Part shown: in pieces, positions 1-11,451 of the stretch
How the letters are laid out: the number at the start of each line of letters is the position of its first letter
Position numbering within the stretch: the stretch's first letter is position 1
Position numbers and translations under genes: made by a program
Assembly (NCBI GenBank): GCA_004022145.1
Contig: RCNU01000001.1
Length of the DNA stretch: 64,000 nt
Source: Paecilomyces variotii
Taxonomy: Eukaryota
Reading direction: 5' to 3' (one strand)
Notes under the pieces: generated by a model
The model's input: only the letters and a program-made list of their open reading frames with translations
Told to the model about the DNA's origin: nothing
The model's database searches: none

Positions 1-1153
1 AGAATGGTTATACTGACATGGACGACAATAGTTTCTGACTACCTGCTTTGCTATCGGCTGTTTTCTCTGTAAGTTGCGACATTAGCGATGCTTTTCTCCT
101 CGTGCAAGAACTAAAGACTATGGCAGCTGTCGCCCTTGGAATGGGCAGACATGCCATTATGGTGAAGCAACCGACGCGAATGGCCAAACAGATCCTGACG
201 AATGAGGTCTTTTACACTCCTGCGTCAACAACCGTGAAATTCAGCATCCTCTTATTCTATCGACGACTATTCCCGCTGCAGAACGGCCTTAACTGGACCC
301 TACTCGGAGTCGCAGTGTTTTTGGTCGTCTTTGCTCTTGCTCAAATGGTGAGCGTCATTATTCAATGCACTCCCCCAGCAGCACTCTGGGATCCAGTAGC
401 TCATCCGAATGCTAAATGTGACAATTACTCTCCGGCTCTTTTGTTATTTGCCATTGTTAACGCTTCAACCGATGTCTTCATCCTATGCATTCCGCTACCG
501 ATTCTATGGAAACTTCGAGTCTCGGCTACCAGAAGGAAACAACTCATTGGAATCTTCCTGCTGGGTGGTTTGTAAGTACATGCGACAGCAGTCATATTCT
601 GTTTTAGATTGCTGACCAGGTTGTATATAGGGTGTGCGTAGTAAGCATCTGCCGAGTAGGTTACGTGACCCAAGTCACCCTGACAGACCCAAGCTGTGAG
701 TGAAAAGAGTACAATCAATCAGAAACAGAGTAAACTGACCCGAGTTATATACCAGGGGATGATGTCAACACAGTCATACTATCCGCGGTCGAAAACTGTG
801 CCGGTGTTCTGAGTGCCTGTCTACCAACAACGTTGCCCATTTGGCGTTACCTGAGACACGGTAAAGCTAGTCAAGAGGAGCCAGGACACCATCTTCAGGA
901 GTCAGAAAATCCACGTAAAAAGCCATCCTGTAAGAAGAACTGGTACACCGATACCATGCTCCTGAATAGCATTGCGAAAGACGACATTATCAGCGGCTCG
1001 AATCCATCTAGTGAGCACACTCAGTCGACAGTCAAACTTTTTAATCCTGCCTCTGCTATTCGTGTGACTACCGATTTCCAACAGGAAGATGAGATCGTTT
1101 CAGAACGACTGCCTTCTTATCAGCCGTACGAATCCGTTTCTCAGAGATGGTAG
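1..1153 (+). CDS. PTH11-like integral membrane protein (fungal rhodopsin domain), 5' end outside window
   Basis: Typical motifs GMGRH, KFSILLFYRRLF, IIQCTPPAALWDP, TDVFILCIPLPILWKL and VENCAGVLSACLPT. GT-AG introns at ~69-127, 572-630 and 696-755; stop at 1153. Confidence 0.85.
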
Positions 1154-1239
1154 TCTTCCGCAAGTAAGGAGTCTCATTCCATATCCAGGTCGACAAGTAC
1201 GTCAGGATGGAGTCCGCCTGAATATTATATCACGATGAA

Positions 1240-1890
1240 GTAGCTACCTCACCCTTTGACATCTTTTCGCGGAGTTTCGAACTGCTCAACTTGTCAGATG
1301 ACCATTATAGTATCGATGTTCTGCTAGCTGTCCTCCAAGGGTTGAATGTTGTAGGTCTTCCTTTTCCCGCCGAACTTTCTTCTAGATACTGACCCTGCTC
1401 GTCGTCTCTTACAGCTAGGACGCATGTAATGGCTGGCATCACTTAATCTCGATAAAGCATTCTTCCGCAAACTCGCCGCTGCAAATGATCGATATGAAGC
1501 TTTCAGTGGCATTCGAGCGCATGGCAAAATGGGACACAGTAAAGGTGAAAGATGCATTCCATTTCCTGCAAAGGGGAAGAGATCCCATAACCGAGTCTGG
1601 GTTTACGCCCGAAAATCTGGTTTCTGAAGTGAGTCTTTTGATACTTGGAGGTTTGTCTACTCGTTATTTAGTTTACAACGTTCACTAAGCGTGAACGCTA
1701 ACTAACGCGGTTCCAAATCAGGAAACGACATCACCTCCACAGTGATTATTAGTATTCTCTTCACGGTCATTCGAATATATTCTCGAATGGTAGATTGCCG
1801 GGAATGATGAAAATAGTCTGGCACGAAGTGAATTCCACCCGTTCAGTATCGGTCTGTGAAGTTGTGCGAGGAAAGGAATGGTATATCTGA
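1240..1890 (+). pseudogene. Cytochrome P450 relic, piece A (E- to I-helix, then a deletion, then a degenerate heme region)
   Basis: Fragments YLT/FDIFSRSFELL, GFTPENLVSEVSLLILGG-(intron)-NDITSTVIISILF (I-helix) and EFHPFSIGL*SCARKG (heme motif with a stop). Multiple stops and frameshifts. Confidence 0.8.
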
Positions 1891-2207
1891 TGATTGGTCT
1901 CTAGCAGTTAATCTGAAAGGTTAATTATCTACAGAAACTAACTGCTATATCTAGCACTACATGGGTTCTTTTTGTCTATTCTACTTGACAGTAAGAAGGG
2001 GTGGGAGCTCCTTCCCATAATCCAAGCTTACTAGGAGCGGAAGGATTTATTTTGGCTTAAGTACAACACAAGACCCCATAAGCGACTGTAGTGTTTTCTT
2101 AAACCCACAACCTCGTTCTCCTCCTGTCTTCCCACTCCCTCTACCTTTCTCTTGCGTCAGACATCTCCCTTCTCAGAAACCACTTTGACTTCTTTCCCAT
2201 CGTGAAA

Positions 2208-3334
2208 ATGGCGTCTTCAAACACTGTCCTTTTCGAAACTGGTGCCGAATGGCTCGCTGAGGCCCGGCGAAGAAACATCGCCCACAAGTCCATAAAGACT
2301 TGTAGCGACCTACGATCTGGCTCGAAGGTTACGGAAGAGCAATTCTTGCTCTTCCGGACTCTGGTCCCCTCGGTCGAACACAGATTCGACCCCAATGTGT
2401 TTGGACTTGCCGCGCAATATTCGCAAGCCGCTGGTCGTCTGGGGGGGATCCCTAGACTTCCAAGCATATCTCAGCAATATTGGCGCCACGACAACGGCCA
2501 TTAACCAATGGCACCTTGACACTTTGTTCAAGGTGCCATTGGCACAACAAAGGCACGTCTGTTCAACAACCTTTCGAGACAGAGCAAAGCTTGCCCGTCG
2601 ATCTGAATCGGCGGTGAATACATCTCTCATCTCGTTTCTACAAGCTCTGACAATGGTAGCTGGGCTACCTACCTGTCAGTGGAATGGGGATAGAATCCCA
2701 CTGGAAGCAGACTTTGGGGCCCCTGCTGGCAGCTTTATTGCTGTCACAGACGGCCAGCTCCAAAATATAACGAGAAAATGGAATATCGAGCCAGATCGAA
2801 GCTCGCCCGTCGATCTGAGTCGGCGGTAAATATATCTCTCATCTCGTTTCTACAAGCTCTGACAATGGTAGCTGGGCTACCCACCAGTCAGTGGAATGGG
2901 GATAGAATCCCACTGCGAGCAGACTTTGGGGGCCCTGCAGGCAGCTTTATTGCTGTTACAGATGGCCAGCTCCAAGATATAACGAACAATTGGAATATCG
3001 AGCCAGATCGAAGCTCGCCCGTCGGTCCGAGTCGGCGGTTAACACGTCTTTGGTCTCGTTTCTACAAGCTCTGACAATGGTAGTTGGGCTACCTACCTGT
3101 CAGTGGAATGGGGATAGAATCCCACTGGAAGCAGACTTTGGGGGCCCTGCAGGCAGCTTTATTGCTGTTACAGATGGCCAGCTCCAAGCTGTGACAGATA
3201 AACGGATTCTGGCACTCGTCGAGTGCAAGCGCTGGGAGAGGGACAGACACAGTCCTCAAGTTGAGGTGCAGGAGACTGCCCAGATGGTCGCCTGGATTAA
3301 GGAATTTCCGGACACTGCTACGAGACCTTGGTGA
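2208..3334 (+). pseudogene. Frameshifted fungal hypothetical gene with PD-(D/E)xK-like motif, disrupted by an internal triplication
   Basis: One coding sequence is spread over ORFs 2202-2504, 2395-2829, 2778-3074 and 2990-3334 in changing frames. Frameshift at the G-run ~2441-2447. Motif AVTDGQL...ILALVECK...QETAQMVAWIK. Confidence 0.7.
2575..3190 (+). repeat. Tandem triplication, 212-bp period
   Basis: The anchor GCCCGTCG recurs at 2593, 2805 and 3017. The three units are near-identical and each encodes ...ARRSESAVN.SL.SFLQALTMV.GLPT.QWNGDRIPL.ADFG.PAGSFIAVTDGQLQ. Confidence 0.95.
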
Positions 3335-3344
3335 GTGCCACCCA

Positions 3345-3960
3345 ATCCATAATCTCGCCTGCCTCTCCAAACTTGAGGCTGAGATCCGACCCAGATTCGA
3401 CCATGTCGAGGAGATCCGCGGTGGTCCCAAGTTGGCAAGCTGCCAGTACTTATCCGTGCGCCTGCATTTATGAAGACTTTCGTATGACGCCTGGCGTTGG
3501 TGGTATTTTACCTCGCGAGGTCCTCCCCGGAGGCATTCTCATCGATTGCGGTATTCCCATCTACACTATCCATCATAAAGAGGAATAATACCCACTGCCA
3601 CTCGAGTACATTCTCGAACGGTAGAATGCCGAGGACGATGAGATTACTGGTACTGAGAAGGAAAGCGAGAATAGTGGAGGATCATGGACAGCAGAGCAGG
3701 TAGCTCTGACACGAAGTGCATTCTACCCGTTCAGTATCGGTCCGTGGAGCTGTGCAGGGAATGGGACGGCATATAAGGAGCTGATGTTTGTGATTGCATG
3801 TCTAATAAATCTATTCGACCTGAAGGTCGCTGATGGTACGAAGAATGGAGAAGGCGACCCAACGGCTACACTGAGATATCGATGACAGAACTATGTACAA
3901 GGCAATGACCGATTTGTCCACCGGACAGATGGCCCAACGTTGCAGTTTAGACTTCGAGTT
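3345..3960 (+). pseudogene. Cytochrome P450 relic, piece B (J-helix to C-terminus)
   Basis: HNLACLSKLEAEIRPRFDHVEEIRGGPKLASCQYL / ACIYEDFRMTPGVGGILPREVLPGG (K-helix ExxR), IPIYTIHH and AFYPFSIGPWSCAG (FxxGxxxCxG heme motif). In-frame stops and frameshifts. Confidence 0.9.
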
Positions 3961-4961
3961 GGAGCGGTTCTCTCAGAGTCGATTCGATACGTCCTTCTCA
4001 ATCAATACTACAAATGTCGACTGAATCCTCTGGCTGCCTCCCTTAAACCGCTCCAGTAGTACCCCATCCAATCGATCTCTTACCCCGCGCATATGTTACT
4101 ATTTCATCGACCAGCTCTGCTTAGACCTGCTAGAAACGGACAGTAGCCTGGTTAAATTAATACTTTTGACTGGTTAGATAAGATCGAAATTTTATTGGAA
4201 ATTCACTAAGCCAGCTTGAGCAGGTCCATCCCGCATACAATATTTCCTCTTATCTCCTCGAGAGTAACTATATCCCGCGTTACACGCCACATTTTATTGA
4301 TCAAAGCCACAAGCGCGTTCGGTTTATTGGGTGACAGTAAGTAAGTAATAATTAATAGATACTTTATCTTATCACGGCTAGGTACTTAATCTATACGCCC
4401 CCGCATGCTGTCGCCCTGGAATTCTGTTCCTGAAAAGCGATACTTCCACCAACCCAAAATATTATCCGTCGGAGTTTTCTTGACGATAAGCCCATACGAG
4501 TCGATTAGGGTGCTTCCGACAGCGACTTGGCAATCGTTCTGCATGCTCTAAATTAGTAGCTCTTCTCTTTCATCGTGCTAGCAGGGGAATCCAGGAATCT
4601 ACGTTCCCCACGATCTAGATAAGGATCATGGGATCGGGCTCTCACATGGACCTCTCGATAGGTATCTATGGTCAGGCTGCATGGCCGTGGTATTATCTAT
4701 CTCTAGCCTAGCTCCCTGGTATTAACTAGCTCCTGCGATGCATTCTAGGGTCTTTGGAAGCCTTTCTTCTTTTCTCATAAAGAGCTTCGTCTGTAGGAGG
4801 TTCTAGTCCTGACTAGTTGTTGAAGCTATTATTTGATTTTATGGAAACCCCCATAAAAAAGACCATTACAGGCCTGAGATTATTGCGGTTTCTTACGTCT
4901 TTTTAGTTCTTTTCTATTGTACATGTACATAGACCGGGGACTAGATACACTTCCTATCATC

Positions 4962-7109
4962 ATGGTCGGTCATATGTCCCTATGTTCATTGATCAGTTCG
5001 CTCGCAGTTACAGCCACACTACTCTATCCAGTAGTACATGCGCAGAAATGCGAGAAGACCAAGGTAGCCATTCTCGGGGGTGGGACCACAGGGATCACTG
5101 CTGCTGTAAGTCGAACGCGATTAAGTCTCTATTATGCAATACAATGCGATGCTCACATGTAGTGACGAGAACAGCAAGCCCTGACGAATGCATCGATTCA
5201 TGATTTCATTATTGTGGAATATAATGCGGATATCGGCGGTCGAGTCGCTCATACTGATTTCGGAAAGGATATAGATGGAAATCCTTACACGGTTGAACTT
5301 GGAGCGAACTGGGTATGTTCCTATGACATGTGGTTTTCCATCGATATAGATTAGATTGACAATGGTCTAGGTTCAGGGTCTTGGGTCAGCTGGAGGACCG
5401 GAGAATCCGATTTGGACTTTGGTATGTGATGAATTAGTAGGGAAGATATTCTACAACTTAAGTCTTGCTAACGATGTATGTTACTTCAGGCCAAGAAGTA
5501 CAATCTTACAAACACGTAAGATATATTCTGTCAAAAAGTGGTGATTAACCCTACTATTATTATGTTCTAATTTATGTATAGCTATTCGGATTACTCTTCT
5601 ATTTTGACTTACAACAAAGACGGATATTCCAACTACTCAGACCTCATCGATGACTATGAGAATGGACCGTACTCCGAGATTGAGTACGGAGCAGGTATCA
5701 TTCTCACCGAGAATCTTCTCGACCAGAGCTTTCGTGCAGCGTCATCTCTTGCGGGCTGGAAACCACAGACCCCAGAGGAACAGGCGGTAGAGTGGTGGGA
5801 GATTGACTGGGAGTATTCTTACCCTCCAGTATGTATCTCCCTCTCTCTCTCTCTCTCTCTCCCTCCTCAAAATATAGGGGTTGTATGGAGCAACTGACTT
5901 TTATTGAAAATAAATAGGAAGAATGTTCGGAAACTTATACAGTGGTCAACTACGTGAGAGCCGTTGAATTTCCGCTCAACAAAATCTTGCTCTCGAACTA
6001 ACGGACAGTTAACTACTACAGAATACTACCTTCTATCAATTCTCAGAAGCGAATAACCTAGTCATTGACCAACGGGGATTCAACGCCTTTATCAAAGGCA
6101 TGGCGTCGACCTTCCTACATAAAAACGATTCGCGACTTCGTCTAAATACCATTGTCACGAACATCTCATATACCGATGACAGTGTCAGCGTGTTCAATCA
6201 TGACGGCAGTTGCATCGAAGCCGACTACGCCATCTCTACTTTCTCGTACGTTGGATCTCCCTTTCAAATAAAGCCCCCCAACTATACCTAGTTTATAGCT
6301 ATCGGCTCACTATAGCTAGCTAACTAACTAACTACCAGTCTGGGAGTCCTCCAACACGACGTTATAACCTTTGACCCTCCGCTTCCGAAATGGAAGAAAC
6401 AAGGCATTGCCAACTTCGCCATGGGAACATACACCAAGATATTCCTTCAATTCAACCCCGAGGACGTCTTCTGGGACAAAAACACCCAATTCTTCCTCTA
6501 CGCAGACCCAACCCGACGAGGCTACTACACAGTCTGGCAATCGCTAGACACAGAGGGCTTTCTTCCCGGTTCGGGAATCATCTTCGCCACGGTTTTAAAC
6601 ACTGAATCTTACCGCATCGAGAAGATGTCCGATGACGAAACGAAGAAAGAAGCACTAGCCGTTCTGAAGACGATGTTTCCAGAGGTTGAAAAAATCCCTG
6701 ATCCCATTGCATTCATGTATCCTCGTTGGACCGAGACGCCCTGGTCATACGGCAGCTACTCGAATTGGCCAGTGGGCGTTACTCTCGAGATGCATCAGAA
6801 TCTGCGTGCCAATGTTAGTAATCTTTATTTTGCGGGCGAGGCTACTCATCCGGAGTATTATGGATTTCTCCAAGGGGCTTATTTTGAAGGGAAAGCGGCT
6901 GCGGAAGCGATTGCTAGCTGTGTGAAGAATAATGGATGCGTGGGCGGGCCGAATTATCCTGTCTTGCATGGAACGACAGAGGAAAAGGATCTGACTTCCG
7001 CGAATGGATGGACTGGTAGGAGTTTATTCTCTATTCTAGCATAGTCTGACTTGGTATATGTGCTAACAGGCTTTTAGTGTCGCCATTTGAGACTTGGGGT
7101 TATGACTAG
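4962..7109 (+). CDS. Flavin-containing polyamine/amine oxidase, signal peptide, ~9 exons
   Basis: Hydrophobic N-terminus, KVAILGGGTTGITAA FAD motif, IGGRV, VELGANW, MGTYTKIFLQF, PRWTETPWSYGSYSNWP and LYFAGEATHPEYYGFLQGAY. Last exon reads VSPFETWGYD*. Confidence 0.93.
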
Positions 7110-7365
7110 AATAATTAATAATGGGTTATCTGTGTACACAACATATAACATATGCATAAACAGAACATATCAGTATACGCAGACGTTTAGCGGACCATGG
7201 CATGATATGATTGTTAAGGGCATTAAGAAATAGTTTTGAGGGTAATAAGGGACTAGGATTTCGATCGCTTTCTTTAATTTCACTACTTTAAGATATGTAT
7301 GTACAAATGACAGGAATATTCAACCTCGTCATACTAAGGTTCTCTAAGTCAATGAACAAGATTCT

Positions 7366-9125
7366 CTATAGTCCTCGGTCGTTCCGCGCTTGGATGAACT
7401 TGTGCGAGACTTTCGTGGTCGATTTGGCGGAATGGTCCAACGAGAGCTAATGACAAAAGTTAGCCACCTCGAGCAATCGGTAGAGGGAAGGAAAGAAACG
7501 CACTTGTTCCATGAGACTGTCCGCTCTATTGAAATCTCGCAAATACTCCTCATAATCGTCGGAGTCCATTTCGTATTCAGAGTCAGACTCCTCGCTTTCG
7601 CCTTCCGGTGCGATCCAATTCTCATCCCACTCGTTCTCTTCCTCGTCTGTGTCATCGTACTCTTCACTACTTTCTGAATCACTGTCTTCAAAATTGCTCC
7701 CAGTTTCCTCGTCATCAGCACCGAGACCTTCTGTCTCTCCACCGCTTTCACCTCGGAGTCCTGTCTCATGATAATGTCTGCCTAAGTAGCCTGATACCCA
7801 TGGACGGAAATCTTCGTTTATCCAGTTTTCCAAGTTATCAATGATACATATAAGCTCCATCATTGGATCTTCGAAATGTATATCTCCCTTCCACATGCAT
7901 TGCATATGCTGTCAACGGTCAGAACCTCTGTTGATTGCTCCTCGTTGACCACCAAGCAGACTGGATAGCACTGGGAACATACGTATCTCACTCTGGTGAA
8001 TTCCCGCAACTGAGAGCCTTTCTCAGTTGCGATAGTCTCTGAAGCATTCTTTGTGGACTTGATACCCGCTATCCAAACACGAGCCTGATGTCCGTTCAAA
8101 GTGATTGTCACCACAGGTCGGGCGTCTCTCTTGAAATCAGATGCAATGTACTTGCCAGTAAGATTATGCAGCAAGGCAAGTGCACATGCAGCACCGTTCG
8201 CTGCCTGGCAATAGCAGTTCTCAACACTTGACTGTTTTACCTCGTGATGCTTCGCTTCGAGAACCACACAAGGAAAACAAAGGCGACCCTTCTCTTTTGA
8301 TCGTTTGCCAATTATACGGCTCAGGGGACTAGACAACAGGCCTTTCTTATCTGCCAGCAACTGAAGCTTAGCAGCGCAGAAATTTCGCATAATAGGGCTA
8401 CGTGCAAAGCCCCTGGGTACTTTATCTTCCTCAAATGTCGGTAGAGCTATATAGAGATCGGGCTTTGGACGTGTGAGGATTGGCGCATTAGACGACGCTG
8501 TTTTTAACCGCACCTCGTGAGCAGCATACCAGGTGTCCTCACTTTCGCTGCACAAGAAGTGGTTAAAGGTTGAGAAGGGGTCTAGTATGGCTTTAATGCA
8601 GGACTCACACCCTAAGGGATTTTGCTAATTCTCTAACTCCAATAGTTCTTGCGCCCTCGGTGATTAGTGCTCGATCAGACATGCCCTTGAAGAGTTCGCT
8701 CTTCACCAACCCTTGCCAGCGCATTTCACTGGCAGCAACAATGTTCATGGCATAGTTATGTGCGCTCACTGCTTTTGCTGTTAGCCGCTTGAGCTTTCGA
8801 AGTTCTTGTGGATATCCAATGTCAGCGGTTAGCCTGTGTAAAATACTTCGATCCTCTGATGCCAGTAAAGGCTAGTCATGTTCACGAATTAGCTAATCTG
8901 TCGTTCGCAAAAATGAGAAGAAAAGGAGGCGAGTTCTAGGATGATTACCTCTGCCTTCTCCTGAGGCACGAATCTGTGATGGAAACCGAGGAGGCGCGCA
9001 GCCAGTTTTTTGGCTTGCTCACCCAATTTATTGCGTAGTCCATTCAATCCAATTACTCTCAGATCAAATGTAATCCCGTTTCCTTGCAGGCTTTTCCTGT
9101 CCAGCACCCCTTTGCCCTTGGCCAT
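7366..9125 (-). CDS. Fungal hypothetical protein with PD-(D/E)xK-like core and acidic C-terminal tail
   Basis: ORFs 8889-9137, 7860-8555 and 7447-7905 can be joined by GT-AG introns. Motifs RPKPDLYIAL...LCFPCVVLEAKH...YCQAANGAACAL; D/E-rich tail. Confidence 0.7.
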
Positions 9126-9590
9126 TCTTCTTAGCAATCAACTTGATATAACGGAGATTCTCGAAGCTGTGATGATGGTCGAAAGAATGGCACCAAGTGA
9201 GGAAATTTGCAACTTCTTATCATCAGGCTGCGCCGCAAAAGCAAATGCTCACGCTAAACTCGTAATATAGATTAGCACTGTACTTTTGAACAGGGTAAAG
9301 GAAGAGAGACCAGAGCCCCTGCCGCGCTAGGCAGATACTACAGCATGAGAACCCACTCTAGCAAATGAGCTGCTAGCATTAACCGCTGAAGACGTTCCTA
9401 TCACCCGTTCAATCACCGTAGAACTAGGATTAGAATGTGACCTGATTTGGGGGCCGCTGCTGGAGTCAGATCATCACAGGAGGCCCAGAACCGTAGGAAG
9501 GAGCAACTTGTTAACTTTCACGGCGCTTATCTCGGGGCTCTTATGAATATACGAGCTAAGACGCAGAAATAGACATCGTAGATCAGCTGA

Positions 9591-9809
9591 CGCAATGTAT
9601 GGCATGCATCTTTACTTAGCAGAGCTGATTTGGCAGCCGATACCGCCGCAGAGGAAGTGCATATAAACAAAATCGGCTTCGTCTCCTTCTCAGATGCGCA
9701 AATGGAGAAAGCTATTGGAACCAGGAATCTGAGTAGTTGCATAGCAGTTATGCTAGTCTCGATGAGAGGGGGAAACACTGATCTTCATCATGCAGTTCAC
9801 AGCATCTGA
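9591..9809 (+). pseudogene. Truncated relic of a fungal hypothetical family with a CheD/CNF1-like Cys motif
   Basis: The + frame reads SLLSRADLAADTAAEEVHINKIGFVSFSDAQMEKAIGTRNLSSCIAVMLVSMRGG, then degenerates and stops. No start codon. Confidence 0.5.
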
Positions 9810-10323
9810 AATGAGAATGACACATAAGTTTATCTTGGTGTTTCAAGATGTATAACAATATATAATGACAATAGGGCACAGAAATTTATGAAGCGGATAA
9901 AATGAACGCAGTCAAAGACTCCTACGAAGGTATGGAAGAGAAAAAAAGTGAGAAGAGGAAAAATGAGGTTGATAAGGTGGAGGATGAATGAAAGAAACAA
10001 GAGGAGAAACGAAGAAAAAGAATATTATAAACAAACTAGTAACAACAACGCCTATCAAAGGGTATCATAAATATCAAATGCAAATTAAAATGCAGTGAAC
10101 ATGTTTATGCGACGGTCTCTCGGTTCTACCTGTTGAGGCACATCAGAATGGTTTGTTGTCATTGCAGGGTTTGAATGCATTCGAGGCTATGCCTCGATAT
10201 TCAATGCTCCCTCATTGCAGAGGGAGGGTTTGTTCTTTTGGGACGGTCTTTCTTATTGCCGTTTCGACTTGATTCATCATATCATCGTGGACGTATCCTT
10301 TTGTCAATGGACACAATAACGAC

Positions 10324-11451
10324 TTAAGCTGGAGTGATCGCAAGACGGGGTCTCTTGTACATCTGCTGCTCCTCTCTTCCATGCTTCTCCGTCGCACACG
10401 GCTTTTCGAATTTGATTCCGGTGATCGGTGGAAGCTGGCCAGGGGGCGAGCACATAACCGACCGCAGCTGGTCCTGGAGCTGCACAGCATCCCTCTTGAT
10501 GTCTTCCTCCATCAAGATCTTTGCAGATAGATCGCATTTCGCCGTGATACACAGGTCAAAGGAGCGCAATCCACGGACTAAGAGCATCGGTGAAACCCAG
10601 GGTTCGTCAACCGCAAGTCGAATCCGCTTGCCGCCGATGATGACACCTCCAACCGGGGTGCTGCTAAACCGGCCAATATCCAAGCTCAAATTAAGTTCTT
10701 CCAGATTAGGAAGGGCAATTACTCGAGTCCAGAAAGCAACCCACAGTCGGTCGTTGTGCGTATGCGAGTAGATCGATGACTTGTGCTCCTCGCCCGACAT
10801 GGGCTGCCAGATGGGCATCCATTGAACGGTCAGACGCTTAATGCAACGCAGTCGATCGGGGCAGACACTCAAGGTGAAGGCAATGAAGGTGTGAAGGTCA
10901 TCAACATCGAACTCCACTTGCGAATAAAGGATGTCTGCCGCCTCCGCGTAGATGGCACGACACGTCCGGAGCAACGAGACACCTGAGTTGCTCAGGTTCC
11001 CTGGCAGCATCGTATGCGTGTGCGGATAGAGCTTACGATCGCTGTGACCTGCCATGCGGCCATCGTTAACGCGCCATCTAGCTGGAGTGAGCGGGCAGCA
11101 CTGGCGGTTGCTCTGGATGGAGGACGAGACGTGGTTGCAGCGAACATGGCGGACCTTGTCCTTGACCTGCACCAGATGGACGGCTTGATCCCCAAAGACA
11201 TATTCGTAGATGAGCAGACGAACCTCGGGGGGAAGCTTCTGCAGGAACATCGAGTCCGGCTGCGAGGACATCTCCCGGCGAAAGGGGTCTACGGGGACCG
11301 CATTTCTGGCCGCCGCAACATCCACCTGCGGAGCACAGATCTTGCGTTCCTGGATCATGTCCCGGATGGTCTCCTGCCATCTTCGGCCGGTGGAATAGTA
11401 ATGAAAGATCGAGTAAGGGTCTCGAAGGAGCCAGGCGTCGAAGTGACGCAT
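10324..11451 (-). CDS. Conserved fungal hypothetical protein (F-box-like/DUF7730-type)
   Basis: Intronless 375-aa ORF with FLQKLPPEVRLLIYEYVFG and LLRTCRAIYAEAADILYS motifs. Confidence 0.8.
   Translation of the reverse strand: MRHFDAWLLRDPYSIFHYYSTGRRWQETIRDMIQERKICAPQVDVAAARNAVPVDPFRREMSSQPDSMFLQKLPPEVRLLIYEYVFGDQAVHLVQVKDKVRHVRCNHVSSSIQSNRQCCPLTPARWRVNDGRMAGHSDRKLYPHTHTMLPGNLSNSGVSLLRTCRAIYAEAADILYSQVEFDVDDLHTFIAFTLSVCPDRLRCIKRLTVQWMPIWQPMSGEEHKSSIYSHTHNDRLWVAFWTRVIALPNLEELNLSLDIGRFSSTPVGGVIIGGKRIRLAVDEPWVSPMLLVRGLRSFDLCITAKCDLSAKILMEEDIKRDAVQLQDQLRSVMCSPPGQLPPITGIKFEKPCATEKHGREEQQMYKRPRLAITPA

Noticed and set aside
1890-3345. Intervening gene as a transposon inserted in the P450
   Set aside because: No terminal inverted repeats, short target-site duplication or transposase motif seen; treated as a rearrangement scar.
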